Positions 1 to 8,543 of a DNA stretch of 32,000 bases are shown here, piece after piece. The notes beneath the pieces were generated by a model. That model was not told the DNA's origin, made no database searches, and worked only from the letters and a program-made list of their open reading frames with translations. Source of the DNA: Trichodesmium erythraeum IMS101. GTDB lineage: Bacteria > Cyanobacteriota > Cyanobacteriia > Cyanobacteriales > Microcoleaceae. Location: NCBI RefSeq assembly GCF_000014265.1, contig NC_008312.1, forward strand, positions 6,900,001 through 6,932,000. Reading direction: 5' to 3'. The number at the start of each line of letters is the position of its first letter. The first letter of the stretch is position 1. A program made the translations under genes and the position numbers.

Positions 1-367
1 AAAAAACGTTTTCTTGGAAATTTTCGATAGTGTCGGGGTTGAGTTGGGAAGTGGGAAGTTTATAGTAAAGTTCGAGGTGGGTTTCTCCAGTTTTGATACC
101 TTGACGTAATATATTGACTATACTTTTCTCTTCTATTTGGTGGTGGAGGCGTTCATAAAGTTTTTTCTCCCAGTTGGCGCCGTGGTAGTTAGAAATTTCT
201 GTTAATTTTTCAGGTTGGGTGTTTTGGAGAAACTGGAAAAGTTTCTCAGTGTCGATACAGTAGGTTTGGTCGTAGTCTTTGGGGTTACCTTCTAAATATT
301 GGCAGTCGTCGATGAGACTTTGATAGATAATATTTTCGAGACCTTTTTCAGTAATATCGGAAGCCAT
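1..367 (-). CDS. hsdR: Type I restriction endonuclease R subunit, N-terminal 122 codons only. The gene continues past the left edge of the window.
   Basis: Hand translation of the minus strand from the ATG at 367-365 gives MASDITEKGLENIIYQSLIDDCQYLEGNPKDYDQTYCIDTEKLFQFLQNTQPEKLTEISNYHGANWEKKLYERLHHQIEEKSIVNILRQGIKTGETHLELYYKLPTSQLNPDTIENFQENVF. The frame stays open to position 1. The sequence looks like the N-terminal domain of HsdR proteins and is on the same strand as hsdM/hsdS. It is absent from the ORF track because it is truncated. Confidence 0.7.
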   Translation of the reverse strand, partial: MASDITEKGLENIIYQSLIDDCQYLEGNPKDYDQTYCIDTEKLFQFLQNTQPEKLTEISNYHGANWEKKLYERLHHQIEEKSIVNILRQGIKTGETHLELYYKLPTSQLNPDTIENFQENVF

Positions 368-370
368 TTG

Positions 371-412
371 GGTTATTAGTTATCAGTTATAAGTTATAAG
401 TTATCAGTTTTG
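371..412. repeat. Heptanucleotide microsatellite with six units: GGTTATT AGTTATC AGTTATA AGTTATA AGTTATC AGTTTTG. It lies immediately upstream of the hsdR start codon.
   Basis: Period-7 repeat read directly from the sequence. It starts 4 nt from the hsdR ATG and abuts the 104-bp array. Confidence 0.9.
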
Positions 413-2095
413 GCAAAGTCGGAAAATTCAGCACATATATATATAGATATGACTGGGAAAATTTTGGGAAAAATATCGGTTAGCTTCAGCCATGAAACCC
501 AAAGGATAGGAATTTTGCAAAGTCGGAAAATTTAGCACATATATATATAGATATGACTGGGAAAAATTTGGGAAAAATATCGGTTAGCTTCAGCCATGAA
601 ACCTAAACGATAGGAATTTGGCAAAGTCGGAAAATTTAGCACACATATATATAGGTATGACTAGGAAAATTTTGGGAAAAATATCGGTTAGCTTCAGCCA
701 TGAAACCCAAAGGATAGGAATTTTGCAAAGTGGGAAAATTTAGCACACATATATATAGATATGACTGGGAAAAATTTGGGAAAAATATCGGTTAGCTTCA
801 GCCATGAAACCTAAAGGATAGGAATTTTGCAAAGTGGGAAAATTCAGCACATATATATATAGATATGACTGGGAAAAATTTGGGAAAAATATCGGTTAGC
901 TTCAGCCACGAAACCCAAAGGATAGGAATTTTGCAAAGTGGGAAAATTCAGCACACATATATATAGATATGACTGGGAAAATTTTGGGAAAAATATCGGT
1001 TAGCTTCAGCCATGAAACCCAAAGGATAGGAATTTGGCAAAGTGGGAAAATTCAGCACATATATATATAGATATGACTGGGAAAATTTTGGGAAAAATAT
1101 CGGTTAGCTTCAGTCATGAAACCTAAATGATAGGAATTTTGCAAAGTCGGAAAATTCAGCACATATATATATAGATATGACTGGGAAAAATTTGGGAAAA
1201 ATATCGGTTAGCTTCAGCCATGAAACCCAAAGGATAGGAATTTGGCAAAGTCGGAAAATTTAGCACACATATATATAGATATGACTGGGAAAAATTTGGG
1301 AAAAATATCGGTTAGCTTCAGCCATGAAACCTAAACGATAGGAATTTGGCAAAGTCGGAAAATTTAGCACATATATATATAGATATGACTGGGAAAATTT
1401 TGGGAAAAATATCGGTTAGCTTCAGCCATGAAACCTAAATGATAGGAATTTTGCAAAGTGGGAAAATTCAGCACATATATATATAGATATGACTGAGAAA
1501 ATTTTGGGAAAAATATCGGTTAGCTTCAGCCATGAAACCCAAACGATAGGAATTTTGCAAAGTCGGAAAATTTAGCACACATATATATAGATATGACTGG
1601 GAAAATTTTGGGAAAAATATCGGTTAGCTTCAGCCATGAAACCTAAATGATAGGAATTTTGCAAAGTGGGAAAATTCAGCACATATATATATAGATATGA
1701 CTGAGAAAATTTTGGGAAAAATATCGGTTAGCTTCAGCCATGAAACCCAAAGGATAGGAATTTTGCAAAGTGGGAAAATTCAGCACATATATATATAGAT
1801 ATGACTGGGAAAATTTTGGGAAAAATATCGGTTAGCTTCAGCCATGAAACCTAAATGATAGGAATTTTGCAAAGTGGGAAAATTCAGCACATATATATAT
1901 AGATATGACTGGGAAAAATTTGGGAAAAATATCGGTTAGCTTCAGCCATGAAACCCAAACGATAGGAATTTTTCAAAAGTGGAAAATTCAGCACATATAT
2001 ATATAGATATGACTGGGAAAATTTTGGGAAAAATATCGGTTAGCTTCAGCCATGAAACCTAAAGGATAGGAATTTTGCAAAAGTGGAAAATTCAG
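409..2095. repeat. Tandem array of a 104-bp unit, 16 full copies plus a 23-bp partial copy. It is non-coding.
   Basis: The landmark GCAAAG recurs at 413, 517, 621, 725 and 829, a period of exactly 104. There are no indels between units, only substitutions at roughly a dozen positions. There is no ORF of 60 aa or more on either strand, and 104 is not a multiple of 3. Confidence 0.97.
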
Positions 2096-2229
2096 GAATT
2101 TTTGTTAGTTATACAATAGACATAAATATAGATATAGATATAGAAAATTGGCTTTTTGTTGGGTTAACTTGAGGGCAACCCAGCCTACTACATTATAGCT
2201 TCGGTCCGTTATGGTTGCCATGAGTGAAT

Positions 2230-3477
2230 TTATTGGGGAGGATGATATTTTCTAACGTCTATTTTGCCTGTTACTGTTTCAGAAATTAGAGTTGTTCGAT
2301 ATTCTTGGATTAATTTTATTTCCTTTTCTATTACGGTGAGCGATCGCTCAATTTTTTCTAATTTTTTTTCAATGAATGACACTATTTCTTTTTGTTCAGA
2401 AACTGGAGGAAAAGTAATAGGAAGTCTTTTGAGGTCTTTAAATTTCATATTCTGTCTTACACCGCTTCCCATAGAATAAAAAATTTTCAAAATATCATAG
2501 ATGTGAAGTAGGGTATACACATATTCTGGAATTACGTTTTGAGGGTTTAAACAAAGGTAAGCAGATGTTATTATTCCTTTTTCTTTAACCAACCCTACTC
2601 TCAAACTTCTTTTATCGTTTTGCAAGTCTGTTAGTCTTAGTATTATATTACCAGGTGTGACTATTTGGTAAGTTTCAAAAGACTCTGGAAGTAAACCAAA
2701 ATTGTTAGTAAAACTTTTTCTTATTATTTTACCGTAGCTAAGAGACAAAAGATTTTTTTCAACTAAGTCTCTGTTGATTACACATTGCTCTTTGAAAACT
2801 GCAAATGCTGGTAAAACCTCCCAATGTTCCGGTACTTCTCCTAACCATTCAATACCAGAATATTTCATCGAAACATCTGGGTTAATACCTTTAGTAACTG
2901 CCTGATTAATAATAACAGTTTTCTGTTCTTTTAGTAGTTCTATTATCCGTTGTTTTTTGGCAATATATTCATCTATTTGGGCGAGTTTTTCGTCTAGGAA
3001 ATTAGCGATCGCTTGTTGTTCTGAAAGGGGAGAAACTGGAACTAATTTTTGATAAGCTTTTTCGCGAGATAACCCTGGTACACCTGTATCTTGGGAAATT
3101 TTATCAAGCTCTAATATTTGTAGAGCATAGCATAACCATTTGAGATTTTGTTTGGTTTTTCTTTGGTCAATCAAATAAGCTGTATCAATACAAAAACAAG
3201 GAAACAAAGAATATTGAATTTTACCAAAAGAACCTTTTCTACCAACAATAATTACTGGTGAAAGAGTATTCGCTTTTGAATGCAGACCTATCATTCCATT
3301 AGAACCATATACATTAATATTACCGTCTTCTCTATTTTCTGAACCTAGAGAGTCACCATAAACAAGATGAGATATAAACTTTAGTCTTTTCATCTCCCAA
3401 TGTTCCGGTATTTCTCCTAACCATTCAACACCAGAACTTTTATAAACCGGATATTTTTGCCAATTAAAATTAACCAT
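2230..3477 (-). CDS. hsdS: Type I restriction-modification specificity subunit with two target-recognition domains.
   Basis: 415-aa ORF. An internal duplication is typical of HsdS: SGVEWLGEIPEHWEMKRLKF near the N-terminus and SGIEWLGEVPEHWEV at mid-protein. Two conserved coiled regions are present (LSEQQAIANFLDEKLAQIDEYI and VSEQKEIVSFIEKKLEKIERSL). It lies directly downstream of hsdM. Confidence 0.9.
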   Translation of the reverse strand: MVNFNWQKYPVYKSSGVEWLGEIPEHWEMKRLKFISHLVYGDSLGSENREDGNINVYGSNGMIGLHSKANTLSPVIIVGRKGSFGKIQYSLFPCFCIDTAYLIDQRKTKQNLKWLCYALQILELDKISQDTGVPGLSREKAYQKLVPVSPLSEQQAIANFLDEKLAQIDEYIAKKQRIIELLKEQKTVIINQAVTKGINPDVSMKYSGIEWLGEVPEHWEVLPAFAVFKEQCVINRDLVEKNLLSLSYGKIIRKSFTNNFGLLPESFETYQIVTPGNIILRLTDLQNDKRSLRVGLVKEKGIITSAYLCLNPQNVIPEYVYTLLHIYDILKIFYSMGSGVRQNMKFKDLKRLPITFPPVSEQKEIVSFIEKKLEKIERSLTVIEKEIKLIQEYRTTLISETVTGKIDVRKYHPPQ

Positions 3478-3561
3478 ATTTTCTCAAAATCTCCTAGTTA
3501 AAAAACTCAAATTTTCCCCAATAGATAATCTACCTATTCTCCCCTCCTAAAATTATAAATC

Positions 3562-3591
3562 TGTAGGGAAATTGCATACAACCTCCCTACA
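3562..3591 (-). promoter_or_regulatory. Intercistronic stem-loop between the hsdM stop and the hsdS start.
   Basis: Perfect 8-bp inverted repeat, TGTAGGGA (3562-3569) and TCCCTACA (3584-3591), with a 14-nt loop. It lies 8 nt downstream of the hsdM stop on the operon strand. There is no long U-run, so it is not a canonical terminator. Confidence 0.4.
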
Positions 3592-3598
3592 ATTCCTA

Positions 3599-5632
3599 CT
3601 ACTCAAAAACAATCTCTCTCAATATTCCCTCTGTCTCTTTTTCCAACTCCAAAAGTTCCTCCACAATATCCTCCAAACTCCGCAACTTCTGAAATTTATA
3701 AAAATACTTAGTAAACGAAATCTCATAACCCCTCACCACTTTATCAAAATCTATCCAAGCATCAGAAACATGAGGCAAAACTTCCCTCTCAAAATACTCC
3801 TGAATATTCTCCTTCAAAGGCACATTTTCAGTATCCCTCAATTCCGCATCTGCTTGATAAACAACTCCCTTTTTTGTCTGCTTCAAAATAACAGCCTCTC
3901 CTCGCTCATCCTTCTCAGTAAAAATTTGATAAATCAAATCCAAATCTCGCTTTTTCAAATTCCACCCCTCCACCTTCAACGCCTTCTCAAAATCTCTCTT
4001 CACCAAATTAAAATCCCACTGCACCTCCTCACCAAATAACCCCCGCAAAATATCCACCACTCCCAACAAATCATCCCCCATTTTTTCACCAAATTCCTGA
4101 ACCCTTGCCGCCGTAACTTGAAAACTAAAACGCAAAGGTCTCTCCACAACAATCTTATGAAAACCAAAATCCTCATTATCAAAAATTCGACTATTATCCG
4201 ACTCCGAAAAATCCAAAAACTCCTCAGTTATCCTGTCAATATCTTCCCCCCGTAACTCACAACTTTTACTCCCCAAACTTTTCCTTAATTTCCCATACCA
4301 TTCCCTCCCATCTATCAACTGCACCTTACCCCGACGCTCCACAGATTTTTTATTAGAAATAATCCAAATATAAGTAGCAATACCAGTGTTATAAAACATA
4401 TTTAACGGCAAACCAACAATACATTCCAACCAATCATTTTCAATAATCCAACGGCGAATATTACTCTCCCCACTACCAGCATCTCCCGTAAATAAAGCCG
4501 AACCATTATGAACAATTGCTATCCGACTTCCCAACTTTGTCGAGTCTTTCATTTTAGAAAGTTTATTGACCAAAAATAATAATTGCCCGTCACTACTGCG
4601 GGGAATAAGTTGTAATTCTTCCCCCTGATGTTTAACCAAAAACCTATTATCTTTAACCTCCTTTTTTCTCCCCACTAAAATTTTATCCTGATCGACCTTC
4701 CAAGATTTTCCATAAGGAGGATTAGCCAACATAAAATCAAAAGTAAAATCCGGAAAACCATCACTAGCAAGAGTCGAAGCATACTTAATATTATCGGTTT
4801 CTTTTACCTTAATTAACATATCCGCCTGACAGATAGCATAAGTCTCAGGATTAACCTCTTGCCCAAATAAATGAATGACTACTTTTTTCCCCATTCCTGT
4901 TGCTAACTCCAGCAAAAAATTTTCTGCTTCTGTCAACATTCCCCCAGAACCACAAGCACAGTCATAAACTAAATAAGTAGTATTTTTAATCTGGTCTTTC
5001 ACAGGCATAAAAATCAAATTAACCATCAACTTAATAATATCGCGGGGAGTAAAATGTTCTCCTGCCTCTTCGTTATTTTCCTCATTAAATTTTCTAATTA
5101 ATTCCTCAAAAACATAACCCATACCCAAATTAGATAAACCAGGTTGAATAACCTTACCTTTTTTATCTTTTCTCGGTTCGGGACTGAGATTAATATCTGA
5201 GTCAGTAAACTTTTGAATTAAAGCATAAAGGCGCTTATGTTCTACCAAAGTTTCTAACTGGTTGCGGAACTTAAACTTATTAATAATTTCCTGTACATTG
5301 TCACTAAAACCATTCAGATAATCTATCAAATTTTCCTTGATAGACCTAGGTTCATCCAGTAATTTTTTAAGAGTAAATCCAGAAGTATTATAAAAAGGAT
5401 ATTTAGTAAATTCTGTTAATCCAGATTTATCAGAAATTTCCATATTTTCATAAAAATTATTCTCTTTTAAAACTGCTGCTTTTGTAGGTTCAAGCAAACA
5501 ATCTAACCGCCGAATAACAGTCATTGGTAGAATCACATCTCGGTATTTTCCCCTAACATAAATATCCCGTAAAACATCATCAGCAATTCCCCAAATAAAG
5601 CTAACAATTCCGTTATGTATATTTTGATCCAT
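3599..5632 (-). CDS. hsdM: Type I restriction-modification N6-adenine DNA methyltransferase subunit.
   Basis: 677-aa ORF. It has the AdoMet motif I (VYDCACGSGGML), the catalytic motif IV (LANPPYG) and an HsdM_N-like N-terminus (GIVSFIWGIADDVLRD...YRDVILPMTVIRRLD). Confidence 0.92.
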   Translation of the reverse strand: MDQNIHNGIVSFIWGIADDVLRDIYVRGKYRDVILPMTVIRRLDCLLEPTKAAVLKENNFYENMEISDKSGLTEFTKYPFYNTSGFTLKKLLDEPRSIKENLIDYLNGFSDNVQEIINKFKFRNQLETLVEHKRLYALIQKFTDSDINLSPEPRKDKKGKVIQPGLSNLGMGYVFEELIRKFNEENNEEAGEHFTPRDIIKLMVNLIFMPVKDQIKNTTYLVYDCACGSGGMLTEAENFLLELATGMGKKVVIHLFGQEVNPETYAICQADMLIKVKETDNIKYASTLASDGFPDFTFDFMLANPPYGKSWKVDQDKILVGRKKEVKDNRFLVKHQGEELQLIPRSSDGQLLFLVNKLSKMKDSTKLGSRIAIVHNGSALFTGDAGSGESNIRRWIIENDWLECIVGLPLNMFYNTGIATYIWIISNKKSVERRGKVQLIDGREWYGKLRKSLGSKSCELRGEDIDRITEEFLDFSESDNSRIFDNEDFGFHKIVVERPLRFSFQVTAARVQEFGEKMGDDLLGVVDILRGLFGEEVQWDFNLVKRDFEKALKVEGWNLKKRDLDLIYQIFTEKDERGEAVILKQTKKGVVYQADAELRDTENVPLKENIQEYFEREVLPHVSDAWIDFDKVVRGYEISFTKYFYKFQKLRSLEDIVEELLELEKETEGILREIVFE

Positions 5633-6118
5633 TTGTGTTATTTTTAGTGAAAAGTAACTAAAGTAAATTTTTTAATTTTATCATTAGTTCGACAGAAACT
5701 AAAACAATGCAGGGCGACAATATCATTATTCAGTTTATTAGCTGGAATAACTAAATCACCGTTTATCTAATAAAACCCGGTTCATATATAGCAGTCTTAA
5801 ATATTATATAAATTAAATACCTACTTAAAAAATAGCTTCTTTTGCTTTCTTCCTTTTACTCTCTATATTAAAGCATTCTATTTATTTCATTATTCAGATA
5901 AGATTGCTATAGTAACCAAACCAAAATTAATTTACTTTTAAATCTAATTAGATAATTTTGATATTTTTTTTTACTTTATTTTCTTGAGTTTAATTTTTTA
6001 TCTTAAAAATCAAATTTAAAGTTTTTAGGTAAAAATCAAATCTAGAAATAGAGAAACTAAAATCATTAAAATTTTGCCTAAATTGTGAAATCCCTAAAGT
6101 TCCCTATATCCTGTAATT

Positions 6119-6181
6119 AACCAACTCAAAAGTATGCTGAACTAGCTAGAAAGCAGCAGATAAATTCAGCATATTTTTTTT
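6119..6181 (+). ncRNA. Candidate small RNA, copy 1 of 3. It is about 60 nt and ends in a hairpin plus T8.
   Basis: 9-bp stem of TATGCTGAA (6133-6141) and TTCAGCATA (6165-6173), followed by T8 (6174-6181). The upstream promoter candidate is weaker and non-repeat: TTGTGA (6083-6088), N16, TATATC (6105-6110). There is no ORF. Confidence 0.3.
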
Positions 6182-6258
6182 GTTTATATAAAAACCTACT
6201 TCAACTCAATATTTATAAAGTATTTGACCGATAAACTATATTTAACTATCTTTTAATT

Positions 6259-6321
6259 AACCAACTCAAAAGTATGCTGAACTAGCTAGAAAGCAGCAGA
6301 TAAATTCAGCATATTTTTTTT
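6259..6321 (+). ncRNA. Candidate small RNA, copy 2 of 3.
   Basis: Promoter-like TTGACC (6224-6229), N17, TATCTT (6247-6252). An A at about 6259 is a plausible transcription start. Hairpin at 6273-6313 followed by T8 (6314-6321). Confidence 0.4.
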
Positions 6322-6398
6322 GTTTATATAAAAACCTACTTCAACTCAATATTTATAAAGTATTTGACCGATAAACTATATTTAAGTATCTTTTAATT

Positions 6399-6461
6399 AA
6401 CCAACTCAAAAGTATGCTGAACTAGCTAGAAAGCAGCAGATAAATTCAGCATATTTTTTTT
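6399..6461 (+). ncRNA. Candidate small RNA, copy 3 of 3.
   Basis: Promoter-like TTGACC (6364-6369), N17, TATCTT (6387-6392). Hairpin at 6413-6453 followed by T8 (6454-6461). Confidence 0.4.
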
Positions 6462-6690
6462 GTTTCTATAAAAATCTACTTCAACTCAATATTTATAAAA
6501 TATTTGACCGATAAACTATATTTAACTATCTTTTTTTTTAACTCTCATTTAATTTGAACTTAGACTAAGAGAATACCTCTAGATATTATAAAAAAATCTG
6601 CAAATTTAAGCACTCAGCCCTTAACCATAAACTAAAAGCTGCATCCCTAAACTTATGCTTTAATTTCTAACAAAACCATCAATACTTTAT

Positions 6691-7911
6691 TTATCTATCT
6701 ATGTAATCAACTCCAAATATTCTCTGCCAAACCAACTCTATCTCCTTATTAAATAACTGACTATTTACCCGCCACCTTAATAAACTATTTCCAGACTTCC
6801 CAATAATTTTACTGTCTATTCCTAAAGCTTTCCGAGGTGCAATAGTCCCTAAATTAATTGCAGTTTCAATATCACAAACCCCCCACTTTACCAAATTATT
6901 AACTCCAACCAATAAAGGTAAAGTTGTTCCCGCTAATATTCCATCTTGTAATCTAACCGTACCATTTTTAACTTCTATTTCTCTAGCATCCCAAGGGTAA
7001 ATTCCATCAGGTAATCCCAAAGGCGCCAAAGCATCACTAACCAAAAATATTCCTTGCTGATATTGACTTGCTTTTAACAAAATTTCTATCATTGTTGAAC
7101 AGACATGCTGACCATCAGCAATTAAACCACACATAACCTCAGAATTTGTAATTGCTGCTCCTAATAATCCTGGTTTTCGATGATGTAAACTGCCCATAGC
7201 ATTGAAGGCATGAGTTACCATTGAAGCTCCTAATTTAAAAGCTGTTTCTGCTTGATTTGCTGTCGCCTGAGAATGCCCTAAACTAACTATAATTCCTAGA
7301 TTTTTTAGGTAAGGAATTATTGTTTCTGTACTGTCTAATTCCGGTGCTAAAGTGATAATTTTAACTGTCTGACTATAATCGCCGATTACCTGCTTGACAT
7401 TTTCGATGCTTAATGGTAGCAAATATTTCTGAGGGTGAGCGCCCCGCTTTTCTGGATGCAAAAAAGGCCCTTCCAAATGTACGCCCCAAATTTTAGCTGT
7501 TTTTGGTTCTTGGGGTTGTGAGGCCAAATAGTCGAAGATTTGGAGCGATCGCTGAATATTATCTATAGAAGTTGTGACAATAGTAGGCAAAAAAGCATCT
7601 ATTCCCTGGTGCCATAAATATTGACAAATTTCATGTATTTTAGTTATTGAAGTTTCATCTACTTCCGGAAAAGGTAAACCCAAAGCACCATTAATTTGTA
7701 AATCAAACCCTCCGAGAGAAACCCAGTCTTGTTCCACATCAATAGTAGTAGATGTGCTAGGCAAAGCCTCTCCATTTTGAGGGATAATTTTCTCAATATT
7801 GCCAGTAGAATTGATGAAAATTTGCTGTAGGTTTTGATAACCAGGGACCTTAGCATTAATAATTTTAGTAGTTAAGTTCACGGGTTTAAATTCCAAGTTA
7901 TATTTTATCAA
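6691..7911 (-). CDS. nagA: N-acetylglucosamine-6-phosphate deacetylase.
   Basis: 406-aa ORF with NagA/amidohydrolase motifs: GGFDLQINGALG, HLEGPFL, VTHAFNAM, ADGQHV and VSDALAP. The start at 7911 is TTG. An alternative GTG lies 10 codons downstream, so the start is uncertain. Confidence 0.88.
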   Translation of the reverse strand: MIKYNLEFKPVNLTTKIINAKVPGYQNLQQIFINSTGNIEKIIPQNGEALPSTSTTIDVEQDWVSLGGFDLQINGALGLPFPEVDETSITKIHEICQYLWHQGIDAFLPTIVTTSIDNIQRSLQIFDYLASQPQEPKTAKIWGVHLEGPFLHPEKRGAHPQKYLLPLSIENVKQVIGDYSQTVKIITLAPELDSTETIIPYLKNLGIIVSLGHSQATANQAETAFKLGASMVTHAFNAMGSLHHRKPGLLGAAITNSEVMCGLIADGQHVCSTMIEILLKASQYQQGIFLVSDALAPLGLPDGIYPWDAREIEVKNGTVRLQDGILAGTTLPLLVGVNNLVKWGVCDIETAINLGTIAPRKALGIDSKIIGKSGNSLLRWRVNSQLFNKEIELVWQRIFGVDYIDR

Positions 7912-8271
7912 CTATAAAAAATTATGTTAAAATAAAAGAGAATTTTAGATTTTTTTTGGGAAATCAATATCCCAACATGGAAATACATAAACTTAAAGTC
8001 AAAACTTTAATTACTATATATTTTTTAAATTTTACATTCCCTAAAATATCTATACTGTAACATCTCAATCCTTCATTTTTTTCCATAAAACAAAAGGCAA
8101 AAAAAATATTTAAAAATACAAAAAAAAGTGCTTATTAACTAGATTTCATAAAATTAAATTCATAACTATTAACCTTAAATTTCTTAAGTATGAATTGATA
8201 AAAATACAAAATTATTAATTCAAAAAAATAGGTAGACTTTCTTTTCAGGTGTTTACATAAAAAACTGATAT

Positions 8272-8543
8272 CTATTAACATATTTAACATGAAAAATAAA
8301 ATATTGAATTGACTATATAAAAAATATAAAAATAAAAATAAACATTATAGATGAATGATATAATTTTATACTTAAAATAAAAGAGATAAAATAAATAACC
8401 AGAAACTTGGGAATAAAAATAATTTTGCAGTAAAAAAACAAAATTAAAATACAAATAATTATTCAAGTTTTCTCACAATTTCAGGTTTGAAAATAAAAAA
8501 CTCAGCACTTTTTATACGTGTAGAAAGTTTAAAGCTTTAGCTA
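8272..8543 (+). mobile_element. Left part of a decayed, AT-mutated, MITE-like relative of the IS630 element, interrupted by the intact copy.
   Basis: By-eye alignment to the intact IS. 8519-8541 (GTGTAGAAAGTTTAAAGCTTTAG) matches internal 8790-8812 (GTGTAGAAGTTTAAGGCTTCAG region). 8466-8520 matches 8740-8790 (TTCTCACA...GCA.T.TTT.AT..GTGTAGAAAG). 8341-8400 matches the transposase start region (AA.ATTATAGAT.AA). Many differences are G/C to A/T changes. Confidence 0.55.

Larger units (their letters stand above)
6114..6534 (+). repeat. Three tandem copies of a 140-bp cassette.
   Basis: CCAACTCAAA recurs at 6121, 6261 and 6401. The copies differ by only a few substitutions. Confidence 0.97.

Noticed and set aside
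409-2095. CRISPR array interpretation of the 104-bp repeats
   Set aside because: The units are contiguous with no unique spacers between them. The unit length of 104 bp is far outside CRISPR repeat sizes, and no cas genes are nearby.
409-2095. Repeated 21-codon mini-ORF on the operon strand (ATGGCTGAAGCTAACCGATATTTTTCCCAAAATTTTCCCAGTCATATCTATATATATATGTGCTGA) in each unit
   Set aside because: There is no Shine-Dalgarno sequence upstream. The 104-bp period is not a multiple of 3, and the peptide has low-complexity composition. The partial resemblance to the hsdR start (ATGGCT...CCGATATT) is only 14 nt and could be chance. It is kept as a note inside the main finding.
409-2095. DnaA-box / replication-origin iteron interpretation of the TTTTCCCAC/TTTTCCCAG motifs
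   Set aside because: The motif differs from the TTATCCACA / TTTTCCACA-type boxes at the 3' positions. There is no dnaA/dnaN context, and the setting inside an R-M operon argues against oriC.
2158-2184. Hairpin GTTGGGTT...AACCCAGC between hsdS and the array as an hsdS terminator
   Set aside because: No T-run follows it on the minus (operon) strand and none follows it on the plus strand, so it is not a canonical intrinsic terminator.
2264-4182. Track ORFs 2264..2479(+), 3572..4039(+) and 4000..4182(-)
   Set aside because: They lie antisense to or overlapping the well-supported hsdS and hsdM genes. Their translations are low-complexity (L/I/F/S-rich), typical of shadow ORFs.
7659-7856. Track ORF 7659..7856(-)
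   Set aside because: It is an out-of-frame overlap within nagA with no recognisable motifs.
8284-8466. Track ORF 8284..8466(-), an F/Y/N/I-rich 60-aa peptide
   Set aside because: It lies in extremely AT-rich decayed IS-relic DNA, and its composition is an artefact of A/T runs.
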